Shown here piece after piece: positions 1 through 8,871 of a stretch of 26,255 nucleotides of DNA (position 1 is the stretch's first letter; each line of letters begins with the position of its first letter). This DNA comes from a virus (taxonomy: Duplodnaviria; Caudoviricetes). The notes below the pieces were generated by a model. The model saw only the letters and a program-made list of their open reading frames with translations. It had not been told where the DNA came from and did not search any database. The stretch spans positions 1 through 26,255 of IMG/VR virus record IMGVR_UViG_3300049722_000009. One strand, written 5' to 3'. The position numbers were made by a program, and so were the translations under genes.

Positions 1-928
1 CGTAGATGTCCTTCGTGGCATCGTACAGCGTCTGCGCGTTCGTCGGCTGTGTGTAGAAGCCGCCCGTCTGTCCGAAGTACGTTTCCCCGGTGCCAGGCGA
101 AGTGAGCACGCCCGGCTTCTGCGGGTCGTTAACCACAATGGGAGCAGGCGCAGACGTGTCGGTTGGAGCGATCTGCGAGCCGGGAGTGCCGGCTGGGTGC
201 TCCTGGTCGTACCATGACTTGTACTGGGCTACGGACGCGATGGCCTTCGACAAGTCATCAAACACCTGCCCGCCGCCACCACCTGTCCCAGCATAGAACT
301 TGGTTGGAGTTCCATTCTGGTCGTACTGAACTGGGATGACACCCTTGGCGTTAGGTCCCAAGCCATAGTCCTGGTCATACCAGTAATCCTTGGTGACGTT
401 CCCGCTCCCGCCTCCATACGCGGACCCTCCCGTGGAGTACGTGATTTTCCCAGTGTTCGGGTCGATGTACCCTCCATTTGAGGGTACCTCATACTGTCCA
501 ACCTTGGCGGCATCGCCCTGGTTCATGTATCCGTTTCCGTCCCAGCTCCATCCTCCATCGTGCTTTTCTGCGTCAGTAGCTGGACGCCACTGTCCCGTAG
601 TCTGGTCGTACTTAACCCACGTCTTGGAGTCTCCACCTGTTGACGATCCGAAAAATATGTACCCGCCAGTGGTCCCTCCAACATCGGCTGGAGTCCAAAC
701 ATTCCCCTGCCCGAAGTTGTATCCGGTCGTGTGGGAGTCCTTGAACGCCTGCGAATCGCTCGGCTTCGGTGTCGTCGGAGGAGCTACGGTGGCATCGAGA
801 GGAGTCCCGTTGACAGAGTCGTATTCCGCCTGGCTCGCGTACGGCATTCCCGTCTTCGGGTTGGTCTGCTGAGCCCACGAACCGGATCCTGAGCTTGTCG
901 GTCCTAGCCCTGTGGTGACGTCCGGCAT
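1..928 (-). CDS. Putative internal virion/DNA-ejection protein (partial; runs off window start)
   Basis: Not in ORF track; read manually from ATG at 928 (MPDVTTGLGPTSSGSGSWAQQTNPKTG...) and open to base 1; Gly/Thr/Tyr-rich; follows the glycine-zipper ejection gene. Confidence 0.65.
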   Translation of the reverse strand, partial: MPDVTTGLGPTSSGSGSWAQQTNPKTGMPYASQAEYDSVNGTPLDATVAPPTTPKPSDSQAFKDSHTTGYNFGQGNVWTPADVGGTTGGYIFFGSSTGGDSKTWVKYDQTTGQWRPATDAEKHDGGWSWDGNGYMNQGDAAKVGQYEVPSNGGYIDPNTGKITYSTGGSAYGGGSGNVTKDYWYDQDYGLGPNAKGVIPVQYDQNGTPTKFYAGTGGGGGQVFDDLSKAIASVAQYKSWYDQEHPAGTPGSQIAPTDTSAPAPIVVNDPQKPGVLTSPGTGETYFGQTGGFYTQPTNAQTLYDATKDIY

Positions 929-929
929 G

Positions 930-1340
930 CTACTTCCCCATCACTCCGCCGCTGGCGCTCGGGATGTTCGTCCCGGCCCACGAGCCTTGGCCAGTCTGCG
1001 CGCCACCCGTGCCGGGGCTGTAGAGGCGGTCCCATTCCTTCTGGGCAGGGCCGTAGAAGGCCAGCGCCTTCTGAAGGTCGGCGATGTGCTGGTCGTAGGT
1101 GGACGCGCCCATGGCTCGCATGTTGGCCAGGATTTGGTCCAGCTTGCTCTGCTGCTGTGACGTCGCCTTGTCGCGTATGGAGTTCGCCTCGGCTCCACCG
1201 AAGAGACCGATGCCGCCTCCTACGAGCCCTCCGATGGCGGTTCCCCACGGGCCGATGGTGCTACCAATCATGGCGCCCGAGGCCGCCCCGCTGGCCGCTC
1301 CGCCTAGTGCCGCTCCGCTGTACAGATCGTCTCCTTGCAT
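930..1340 (-). CDS. Putative DNA-ejection (pilot) protein with N-terminal glycine zipper
   Basis: GAALGGAASGAASGAMIGSTIGPWGTAIGGLVGGGIGLFGG followed by a Gln-rich helix; position after the tail hub; GGAG SD upstream (GTG at 1346 is an alternative start). Confidence 0.7.
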   Translation of the reverse strand: MQGDDLYSGAALGGAASGAASGAMIGSTIGPWGTAIGGLVGGGIGLFGGAEANSIRDKATSQQQSKLDQILANMRAMGASTYDQHIADLQKALAFYGPAQKEWDRLYSPGTGGAQTGQGSWAGTNIPSASGGVMGK

Positions 1341-1342
1341 GG

Positions 1343-2998
1343 TCACGCTCCTAGAATTTCGTACTCTTCCTGGGCAGACACCATCTGGAGTTCATCCCCT
1401 CCAGAGTATTCTACCTTCCATTGCCTGGTCCTGTAAACACCAAGGCTGCGAATCTGGATGGCCGGCGAGCGGTTGCTCGATAGCTGCACTTCCTTGACAA
1501 GCTTCCAGTCGCCGATGTCGTCGCGCTTCGAGATGCGCACCACACCGCTGGGCGACACTATGGCGTTCGCTGGGCTTGTCGTCGGAATGGGAAGGTCAGC
1601 GAGTGTGCGCTTGAACTTCAGCAGCAGCGTCTTGCAATGCTTCTGCGCGGTGGTCCCGTGGTCAGTGAACCCACTCTGCACCTCGACCTTGATTCCCGTT
1701 ACCACGGTGGCAACCGGAATGAACCCATCAGGATTTGGGAACGCGGCAAGGTCTGTCTTGGATGAATCGTCCAGCACCGCGATGGTTCCATCGGACAAAC
1801 CGACCAGGAACATGCCCTTCTCTGCCCAGTTGTACACGCTGGTGATGCTCACTGGCTGCTCTGCAAACCTGTCGTCTGCCACGGTGTCGAATGCGGAGCC
1901 AGGTACTACTCCCACCTCGCGCCACTCGGACCAGTTTGACGTCTGCGTGTCGTAGACAAGCCCGAATCCATCGGTCGGAAACATCCACACAATGCAGTCG
2001 AAACGGCCGAAGCGCATGCGGAAACCCCAGGCGTCCGAGATGGACTTCATGTCACGCAGGGTCTGTGCAATGGGCCTTGAAATGTCATTGTACGAGCGCG
2101 CGTCCGTGATGACGATACGGCGCTGCCGGTCGAGCAGGGCGAAGGTGTCATCGACGGCCACCACTGAGTGCGGGGACACGGTGCCGATGTTCATCGTGCG
2201 AGACGGTGAGAAGTCGAGCAGGTTCGTGGGGTCGTTCACGTCGATGTTCAGCGCCGCTGGAGCGAACACCTGGATGGTCTCGGATCCGAATGCGAAGACC
2301 TCGTTCGTGTTGTCGAACATGGCCATAATAGGGTCAGGTTTGGCGGCTGCCTGGATGTACCCGGATCCGCCCGTTGCCATGTCCCAGTTCTCGTAGTCCT
2401 CCAGCGGGCCGGACCACCAGATTTGCCCCGAGCCGTCTGGCACGAGAGCCACTAGGCGCTGAGCAACGGCGCACAGGAAAGACGCCGACGGCGGCGGGCC
2501 TCCGGTCCCATTGTTCACCAAGCGCTCGGAAAGATTGGTCGAGCCACCACCCGGAGCGGTGATTCCCGGATACCATTTCTGGATCTGCGCGCCGCCAGCG
2601 ATGAGCATCATCTGTCGTCCTGCCACCATGGACGGCCTGGCGGCACCAGCAAGCTGCGTCGGTCTGTTGAGGGCTTCGTGGCCAGTATGGACAGTGGAAA
2701 GCGAGACTGGGTACTGCCCAGGGACTACGGCGTGCACGAACCTGTCCGCGGTGACGTAGACGAGGTAGTCACCGAACGGCATCATCCCAATGATGGGGAG
2801 TTGCTCCGGCGTCGGGTTCACCCTGTCGGTGGTCACGTACTGAAACGCAGTCGACGCTGATACTCCGGGCCGGCGCCGAAGCGCCCCGGTGGCGTCCGGG
2901 ATGGCATTGACCACAACAGGTTGCGCGCCGCCATACTCCGTTTCGCTCTTGTTCGCAGAGCCGGAGAAGACGATCTGTGCAATCTGCGTGTCGCCCAT
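1343..2998 (-). CDS. Tail hub / packaged-DNA stabilization protein (P22 gp10-like)
   Basis: 551 aa; motifs LRRRPG, AAAKPDPIMAM..NEVFAFGSETIQVF, FPTDGFGLVYDTQTSNWSE and RSLGVYRTRQW typical of the gp10 family; synteny. Confidence 0.85.
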   Translation of the reverse strand: MGDTQIAQIVFSGSANKSETEYGGAQPVVVNAIPDATGALRRRPGVSASTAFQYVTTDRVNPTPEQLPIIGMMPFGDYLVYVTADRFVHAVVPGQYPVSLSTVHTGHEALNRPTQLAGAARPSMVAGRQMMLIAGGAQIQKWYPGITAPGGGSTNLSERLVNNGTGGPPPSASFLCAVAQRLVALVPDGSGQIWWSGPLEDYENWDMATGGSGYIQAAAKPDPIMAMFDNTNEVFAFGSETIQVFAPAALNIDVNDPTNLLDFSPSRTMNIGTVSPHSVVAVDDTFALLDRQRRIVITDARSYNDISRPIAQTLRDMKSISDAWGFRMRFGRFDCIVWMFPTDGFGLVYDTQTSNWSEWREVGVVPGSAFDTVADDRFAEQPVSITSVYNWAEKGMFLVGLSDGTIAVLDDSSKTDLAAFPNPDGFIPVATVVTGIKVEVQSGFTDHGTTAQKHCKTLLLKFKRTLADLPIPTTSPANAIVSPSGVVRISKRDDIGDWKLVKEVQLSSNRSPAIQIRSLGVYRTRQWKVEYSGGDELQMVSAQEEYEILGA

Positions 2999-2999
2999 G

Positions 3000-3731
3000 C
3001 TACGCGCTAGTGGTCCAAGGTGTGATTTGGTAGATTCCCGCGGTTGAGTCTGCTGGAGGCGAGATGAAGGTCGCCGTGTAGCGCTTGTTGGCTGCGAGCG
3101 TGGTCGGAGGCGAAATCGTGTAGATGTGGGTGTCGATGGTCACGGCTGAGAACGTCGCCGACGGTCCTGTCGCGATCATGATGACGAACTGGGTGTTTGC
3201 CGCAATGGTCGGCACCGCCGAAGGCCACGTGATGGTGAGCGTGCCAGCGGCTCCAGCGTAGGACGCGTAGAACGTGTTCACCGTCTTGGTCGGAGTGAAC
3301 TGGAAGCTCGGGTTCGTGGTGGCCACTTCGGTGTAGGCTCCCGACGAAGCCGGCGCGACTGCCGCGGCAGCGTCGATGTGGGCCTGGATGGCGGTCAGCG
3401 CATAGTCGAGCTGCCGAGTGGAGGATTCCCAGGTGACGTCAACCTGGGCGGCCTGGATCCGGTTGGCGTTCGCCGAGTCGCGCTTGATGGCTCCCGTCGC
3501 GTCCTTCACCTCGATTTCAGCTTGAACGTTCAGGTAGACCTCGGCCCGGCCGGCGGCATCTAGCGCCACTGGCTGAGCCAGCGGAGTCGTACCGGCCGCA
3601 TCCGAGTACGCCGTAGCGCTGGAAGCCTTGGACGTGCCAGGGGTGAAGAAGCGGACGGAGCCCGAGGCGATGGGCGTTCCATCGACGTCGCGAGCTCCCG
3701 AGTAGTAGAGCCACTGAACGAGACTTGCCAT
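3000..3731 (-). CDS. Short tailspike/fibre protein with P22-type virion-anchoring N-terminal domain (243 aa)
   Basis: True start MASLVQW at 3731 (TGATG overlap); DGTPIASGSVRFFTPGT..AYSDAAGTTPLAQPVALDAAGRAEVYL is the typical tailspike head-binding N-terminus. Confidence 0.75.
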   Translation of the reverse strand: MASLVQWLYYSGARDVDGTPIASGSVRFFTPGTSKASSATAYSDAAGTTPLAQPVALDAAGRAEVYLNVQAEIEVKDATGAIKRDSANANRIQAAQVDVTWESSTRQLDYALTAIQAHIDAAAAVAPASSGAYTEVATTNPSFQFTPTKTVNTFYASYAGAAGTLTITWPSAVPTIAANTQFVIMIATGPSATFSAVTIDTHIYTISPPTTLAANKRYTATFISPPADSTAGIYQITPWTTSA

Positions 3732-4432
3732 CACCAATTCCTCCGCAATGGGCCGATGCTGAGCCGAACGGCTCCGTGCTGAGCTTCGCCGGCCTTGCAC
3801 GCAGCGAGCTTGTTGTTCGCGATCTGCATGAACATGCCGCCCTTGTCCGACATGCTGTTGTCGAAGGCCACGCCGCTGGCGGTGGCGTACATCAGGTAGG
3901 ACGTCCACGCGCGCCTGGTCTGCATGGTGACCAGGCCGGTGTCGGCTCCGCGAAGCAGGGTAACGGACGAGTAGCGGAACGTGTACGCGGCGTCTGGCAC
4001 CGGCCAGAACACCACGCGGGTGAGAGCCTTCTTCTCGACGTACGCACGAGCTGGCCTTCCAGGCTGAGCCTTCACGGCGATGTTCATCCACTCGGCCCGG
4101 CTCATCGTCTTGACGATGGGCTCCGCCGACTGGCCGCTCGTGATGATGGAGCCAATGGTGTCATCCTGGCCAAGCTCGACGTCGATCACGTCGGCGGGCA
4201 GGTCGTACTCCGCGGTTCCGGAGATGAGAGCGAGCGTTGCGCGCGAGACGCTGGTCAGTACCAGGTCACACGCTTGAAGCTCTTGGATGGCCATGTTCAG
4301 ATGGAACGTGGCCTGCGAAAGCTGGTCTGCCGACGGAACTTCGCCATCGGTCAGTACGCCGCACAGTCGAATGGCGGCGGTCAGAATCTGGTCGCGCTGG
4401 AAATCGGGGGTTGGGTTCGCTGAAACGGTCAT
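3731..4432 (-). CDS. Head-tail adaptor / tail tubular protein A-like
   Basis: 233 aa; ILTAAIRLCGVL..GE, LISGTAEYDLPAD, GRP..Y and FWPVPD motifs; position between capsid genes and hub. Confidence 0.75.
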   Translation of the reverse strand: MTVSANPTPDFQRDQILTAAIRLCGVLTDGEVPSADQLSQATFHLNMAIQELQACDLVLTSVSRATLALISGTAEYDLPADVIDVELGQDDTIGSIITSGQSAEPIVKTMSRAEWMNIAVKAQPGRPARAYVEKKALTRVVFWPVPDAAYTFRYSSVTLLRGADTGLVTMQTRRAWTSYLMYATASGVAFDNSMSDKGGMFMQIANNKLAACKAGEAQHGAVRLSIGPLRRNW

Positions 4433-4659
4433 ACGCCCTCGCGCTTCTTGCCCTCAACGGGCTGAATCTCTCCCACGTTCTGCGCGGCGATGTCCGCCAG
4501 CTCGCTGAGCGTGAGACCTTCACGGCAGTCGGGGCAACGGAGAAAGCCATCCGCATCTGGGCCGGTCAAATCGGTGCGGTGATAGAACACGCCGCAATAG
4601 TCGCACATCTCGGTGTAGTTGTGCAGCGGGCCTTGGTATTTGCGACCGATGGTAGCCAA
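4429..4659 (-). CDS. Small Zn-ribbon protein (CDYC...CPDC)
   Basis: TTG start with GGAGG SD; ATGA overlap with adaptor gene; two CxxC pairs. Confidence 0.75.
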   Translation of the reverse strand: MATIGRKYQGPLHNYTEMCDYCGVFYHRTDLTGPDADGFLRCPDCREGLTLSELADIAAQNVGEIQPVEGKKREGV

Positions 4660-4669
4660 GAGACCTCCG

Positions 4670-4726
4670 AAAGAACTGGCCGGGAGGGAACTTTGGGGAG
4701 TGACGCCATCGCCACCTCCCGGCCAG
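4670..4726 (-). terminator. Terminator-like hairpin after the capsid genes
   Basis: 12-bp perfect stem CTGGCCGGGAGG/CCTCCCGGCCAG (4676-4687, 4715-4726) with a large loop, followed by TTCTTT on minus. Confidence 0.5.
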
Positions 4727-4733
4727 GTAACAA

Positions 4734-5720
4734 CTACGCGAGAGTGGATCCGGTGCCGAACACGACGGCACGCTGGCCATCAGTGTTGCATGCGCAGACG
4801 TTGGGCCCGAACGACATTCCGGCGACCGTGCCCCAGGCGGCTGCACCACCAGAGTTCACCTTCATGTTGGTGTAGTCGCACTCTCCAGTTACGCCGGCCA
4901 TTCCAGTGACAGCAGCCGTCGAGCTGGCGAGGTTGTTCCTAAACATGCAGTCGTAGACCTGGATGTCGGTCGACGCCGTGGTCAGGAAGCGTATCACGCC
5001 AACGCCGACCGCCGAGGTCGCCATCGAGATTGACGTGCCCAGGAGGTTGAGACGAGTGGCTCCCACGAACTGGAAGCCCGTCGTTGGCGTCCCAGCCGTC
5101 GCGCCGTAGACGCGAGGGATGGAGATCGTCAAGTCCGTTGCTCCTGCCGTGGTCGTCACGCCGATGGTGCACAGGGTAGTCGCATCCGTCGACATGCACA
5201 TGGTGCCGCCGATGATTGCGTTTCCTGCTGCGCTGATGGTGATGGGAGCCGTAACCGTCACACCGCCGCCCGCTGCCGGGCAAAGCATGAGGTTCAGGTT
5301 CACCAGCTTGACGTTCGCCTTGTTCATCAGCACCGTACTGGCCGCCGCTGTCCAAGTGATCGTTGGCCTGTCTGCCCCGTCTCCGATTCCGACGATGGTC
5401 ACACCAGCAACAAGCGGCCACGCGTTCGCGGCAGCGATGTTCTCGGTGTGGTTAGGAAGTACGATGACTTTGTCACCGCGGTTGGCCACGCAAGCCGCGA
5501 GAGCGGTCGCCACTGAGGCGAATACCCTCTTGTTGTTGTCCGTGGTCACAGCGGTGTACTGGTCGTCGTAGTTCAGAATCGAAGTCCCGTTACCTCGGAC
5601 GAAGAACACGCGGCCGGATGCCGGCATGGCGTACGCTCCCCCGAGGTCGACGGGTCCGTTGCTGATGGAGTACGGCGCAGGCGGGAACCCTGCGAGCGCT
5701 CCTACTTGAAGTGAGAACAT
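4734..5720 (-). CDS. Beta-helix (pectin-lyase-like) virion protein, probable head fibre/decoration
   Basis: FASVATALAACVANRGDKVIVLPNHTE is a beta-helix cap motif, followed by Thr/Gly/Asn-rich beta repeats; directly after the major capsid gene; GGAGG SD. Confidence 0.7.
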   Translation of the reverse strand: MFSLQVGALAGFPPAPYSISNGPVDLGGAYAMPASGRVFFVRGNGTSILNYDDQYTAVTTDNNKRVFASVATALAACVANRGDKVIVLPNHTENIAAANAWPLVAGVTIVGIGDGADRPTITWTAAASTVLMNKANVKLVNLNLMLCPAAGGGVTVTAPITISAAGNAIIGGTMCMSTDATTLCTIGVTTTAGATDLTISIPRVYGATAGTPTTGFQFVGATRLNLLGTSISMATSAVGVGVIRFLTTASTDIQVYDCMFRNNLASSTAAVTGMAGVTGECDYTNMKVNSGGAAAWGTVAGMSFGPNVCACNTDGQRAVVFGTGSTLA

Positions 5721-5732
5721 GGTGTTTCCCTC

Positions 5733-6662
5733 CTACTGAGCCCCAAGGATGAACGCGCGCCAGTTCGAGACGCCGATGGCGGCTCGGTAGCTGACTGCGT
5801 GGTGAGCGACTTCGCCGTCGTTGTCGACCCACACCTTGCCGCGGATGGGGCGCTTGATGAGGTAGCGCATGCCATCTTCGGCGTCGGTCATTCCGGCCCA
5901 GAACGTCGTCGAAACGGCGTCGTACCAGAACACGGGAACCAAGTCCAGGTCGTAGCTCTTGGTGACATTGAGGTCGTTGTAGTTGTTGCCAACGCTCTTG
6001 TCGCAGCCGACGATGTTCTTCCAGAGGTCGAGTTGCGCCTCGGGGAAGGTGATGCCGGTGAAGCGCTTCCCGTCAGGAATGCCGTTCGGGCCAGGCAGAA
6101 GCGTGGCCGCGATTCGCATCTGGATGAGAGCTGCCTGGCTCGGGGTCATGCCGATGATGCTTCCACCGGCCGCCGAGACGAGGCAGTTGCTGGCCGTTCC
6201 GCCACCCGTGAGCACGTGCGACGTGGAGAAGAGAGCAACGCTGTCGTAGCCCTGGATCGTCGTGGTGCCGTTCAGCATAACGGTGGCCGCGTCGATGTCC
6301 TGGGTGTTGTAGGCGGACTTCTGGAGCCGCTTACTGGCGTTGATGATCTCCTTGTATTTGCAGTCCTCCATCGCCTCTTCGGTGATGGGGATTTTGAGCG
6401 CCAGCGTCTTCGGGAGATACCGCTTGGTACCGCCGACGACGATGGTCTGCACAGCCATCGGCTGGCCTTCCGGCTTTTCGGTCAGGAAGGTAGTGCCAGC
6501 CGTCTCGATGTCGTCGGCATAGCCGTCTTCCATCTTCTCGGTGACGCACAGCTTTCCTTTGCCGATGCAGACCTGCCGCTTCTCCAGACTCTCGGTGGTG
6601 ATGCCATCGAGGGTCTTCTTCATTGCCTTCCAGAGTGGGTTGCTCGTTACCAGTGATCCCAT
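5733..6662 (-). CDS. Major capsid protein (HK97 fold)
   Basis: 309 aa; KPEGQPM, ITEEAMED, GYDSVALFSTSH and C-terminal YRAAIGVSNWRAF motifs; synteny. Confidence 0.85.
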   Translation of the reverse strand: MGSLVTSNPLWKAMKKTLDGITTESLEKRQVCIGKGKLCVTEKMEDGYADDIETAGTTFLTEKPEGQPMAVQTIVVGGTKRYLPKTLALKIPITEEAMEDCKYKEIINASKRLQKSAYNTQDIDAATVMLNGTTTIQGYDSVALFSTSHVLTGGGTASNCLVSAAGGSIIGMTPSQAALIQMRIAATLLPGPNGIPDGKRFTGITFPEAQLDLWKNIVGCDKSVGNNYNDLNVTKSYDLDLVPVFWYDAVSTTFWAGMTDAEDGMRYLIKRPIRGKVWVDNDGEVAHHAVSYRAAIGVSNWRAFILGAQ

Positions 6663-6677
6663 GATAGTCCATCCTTC

Positions 6678-7316
6678 CTAGATGTAGGAGCCGAGCAGCG
6701 CCGGGTTGACTCGGAAAATGCCCGTCCAGTACGTCTGGGTCGGGTCGTTGACTCGTCCTTGGAGGTCGTATTGCGGGATCTCCAGAAGGAGAAGCTGGCC
6801 GTGGGTCGCATCGCCTGGGGTCTTGAAGTTGGCGACAGTGTCAGTCGTGTAACCGCTCTGTCCGTTCGCCGTCGAGCCTGCCGTGGCGACGATGTTCACG
6901 GTCTGTCCGACGAGTGCCTGAGCAGCCGTCTTGGTAGACGCCGCCGTGGGGATCTGAACCGACCACTTGCAATGGTCGGTCGGGATGCAGAGCACGAGGT
7001 TCGCTAGCGGGTTATCCAGCGAAACGGTGCCGGTGTACGTCTTCGCGGCCGGCAGATACGCGCCCTTGCGAGGAACGCTGTCGGCATCGAGGTACTGCGC
7101 GGCGCTGACCATGACGTGGGAGATGGCCACCGCGTCGCCGGCAGTCGTCGGGTAAACGGTGCCGTCGTTCGCCTTCGTTAGGGCGTCACCCTCGAACAGC
7201 GCGAGCGTGTTGCCCGACACGACCGGGAGTTTGACGATGGGCGGGGTCCCTAGACCTCCGCTGCCAATGAATCCGGCGAACTGGAGTCCGCCTTTCTGTG
7301 GAAGTACTTGTGCCAT
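6678..7316 (-). CDS. Putative capsid decoration/minor capsid protein
   Basis: 212 aa, Ala/Thr/Gly-rich; LFEGDAL and GSTANGQSG motifs; immediately upstream of the major capsid gene; GGAGG SD. Confidence 0.65.
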   Translation of the reverse strand: MAQVLPQKGGLQFAGFIGSGGLGTPPIVKLPVVSGNTLALFEGDALTKANDGTVYPTTAGDAVAISHVMVSAAQYLDADSVPRKGAYLPAAKTYTGTVSLDNPLANLVLCIPTDHCKWSVQIPTAASTKTAAQALVGQTVNIVATAGSTANGQSGYTTDTVANFKTPGDATHGQLLLLEIPQYDLQGRVNDPTQTYWTGIFRVNPALLGSYI

Positions 7317-7325
7317 GATGCCCTC

Positions 7326-7739
7326 CTAGGCGATCTCCGTGCTCATCTTCTGCGCCAGTTGGCCGTTGACGTCCGTGACGCCGTCGATACCACCTGGGCT
7401 ATTCCGCTTCTTCTCTCGCGCCGCAATCAACGCGCGCTTATCGGCCTCGCGAGCATCGTGCTCTTCCTTGGGCAGCCAGATTAGGACTTGCCCGTTGAAG
7501 CTCACGCTTCCGTCGGGATTGACTCTGCCACCAGCGATGCGTTCCTTGTCGCCGTCCTTGCCTCCGTTGATCTTCTCCCACCCCATGTCGAGGTGGATTT
7601 GGAGGCCGAAGTTTTCGTCGGCAGGATTCGCCAGCTTGTAGACCCTTTCGGGTCGTCCAAACCGGAGGTGCCCGGCCTGGCCAGGCAAGAGTCGCTTCGT
7701 CTTCGGATCTGCTCGTTCGGTCGTTTGTGCGGTTGCCAT
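7326..7739 (-). CDS. Hypothetical head-module protein
   Basis: 137 aa; strong GGAGGAG SD; lies between scaffold and capsid genes. Confidence 0.75.
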   Translation of the reverse strand: MATAQTTERADPKTKRLLPGQAGHLRFGRPERVYKLANPADENFGLQIHLDMGWEKINGGKDGDKERIAGGRVNPDGSVSFNGQVLIWLPKEEHDAREADKRALIAAREKKRNSPGGIDGVTDVNGQLAQKMSTEIA

Positions 7740-7742
7740 GAT

Positions 7743-7870
7743 GCGCTCACTCCTCCCTCGCGGGTTTGAGCGCTATGTTCCGCGCAGCGTGCGAGGTGAC
7801 GCCGGGAAGAAGCGACCGTCTCGTCTCGAAGCTCGGGTCCGCACAGCGCGACGAGTACGCCGGGAAAGAG
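7743..7870 (-). ncRNA. Candidate structured 5' leader RNA (tandem bulged hairpins/pseudoknots)
   Basis: Two ~30-nt imperfect repeats (7838-7867, 7779-7808) fold alike; each loop is complementary to a downstream hexamer. Confidence 0.5.
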
Positions 7871-7879
7871 CTTTCTTCG

Positions 7880-7908
7880 AAGGTAAGCCTGGTGACGTTT
7901 TTCGTCAA
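7880..7908 (-). promoter_or_regulatory. Sigma70-type promoter for the capsid operon
   Basis: TTGACG (7908-7903), 17 bp, TACCTT (7885-7880); palindrome TGACG-N5-CGTCA (7893-7907) overlaps the -35. Confidence 0.65.
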
Positions 7909-7941
7909 CAAAAGAAATGCCACCCCGAAGAGTGGCATTTC
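7907..7941 (-). terminator. Rho-independent terminator after the scaffold gene
   Basis: GAAATGCCACTC-TTCG-GGGTGGCATTTC (12-bp stem with one G-U pair, cUUCGg loop) followed by TTTTGTT. Confidence 0.85.
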
Positions 7942-7962
7942 GTAACGGAATGTTACCTAATT

Positions 7963-8862
7963 CTACTTGTTGGCGAAGTACTCCGGGCCCATCATCTTCG
8001 CCCAGTCGGTGTACGCCTTTGCCTCGGGCACGCCGTTGCCAGCGAACGCGATGGCCATGCGCTTCTCTTCCTTGGTGAGTGGCCTGGCGGCGCCGTCGCC
8101 TCCGGATCCCTTGGCAGAGCTTGCGCTCAAACTGGAGAACCTGCCCTGCTGGACGGGGTTGCGCGCCGGGAGTGCCTTGGGTCGCAGGTTGAACTCCTCT
8201 GCGGTCTGTTGCAGCACCCTTCGGTGAGTTGCCATCTCGTCGAACGGGCGCTTCTCTCGGAACGCCTTGATCTTCTCCTGCGCGAACAGTGATGTCGCCC
8301 ACGAGGTAGCGTCTGGCCCGTAGTTGAGCACGTCGGCGAACTCGCTGCGCACCAGCTTGTGGACAGGGTCTTCCGCTGGCGGGTTCTCGCGACGGAACTG
8401 CTCGCGGACCCTTTCAGCTTCCTTGGACGCAACGATTTGCCCCTTGCGGTACTCAGCATCGTGCCACTCGTCTTCTAGGCGCTTGATTTCTGCCGGGTCA
8501 TTCGAGGCGCGCACGAGGGACACAATGCGTGTCTGCTCCTGCACGAGCTTGCGCCACTCCGGGTCTGCGCCTGTCTGCTGCTGCACCGGGGCCGCTGGAG
8601 CTTGCTGCTGCACTGGTGCCTGGCGCATCTGGGCCATCATGGCGAGCTGGTCTCGGAGCGGCTTGTTGGCTTGCTCGATGAGCTCCAGCGTGCGCTCTGC
8701 CTGCTCTCGCTCGCGCCGCTCCTTGCGAGACTCGCGCTGGACCTCGACGACGGTTTCGCCGCCTTCATCCTTGGTGCTTATCTCGGGCTGCTCGTCCGCC
8801 TGCTGGCCTTCGCCGAAGTCCAGGTCTTCCGCTTCTGTTTCGTCTTCACGTTCTTTGGTCAT
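7963..8862 (-). CDS. Capsid scaffolding protein
   Basis: Acidic N-terminus, coiled-coil middle, C-terminal LTKEEKRMAIAF..Y helix; lies between portal and capsid genes. Confidence 0.75.
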   Translation of the reverse strand: MTKEREDETEAEDLDFGEGQQADEQPEISTKDEGGETVVEVQRESRKERREREQAERTLELIEQANKPLRDQLAMMAQMRQAPVQQQAPAAPVQQQTGADPEWRKLVQEQTRIVSLVRASNDPAEIKRLEDEWHDAEYRKGQIVASKEAERVREQFRRENPPAEDPVHKLVRSEFADVLNYGPDATSWATSLFAQEKIKAFREKRPFDEMATHRRVLQQTAEEFNLRPKALPARNPVQQGRFSSLSASSAKGSGGDGAARPLTKEEKRMAIAFAGNGVPEAKAYTDWAKMMGPEYFANK

Positions 8863-8871
8863 GGTTCACTC

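Noticed and set aside
7743-7870. HDV-like/theta ribozyme (loop CACCUCGC resembles HDV L3)
   Set aside because: Could not build contiguous P2-P3 stacking or a J4/2 catalytic C strand; kept only as an unknown structured RNA
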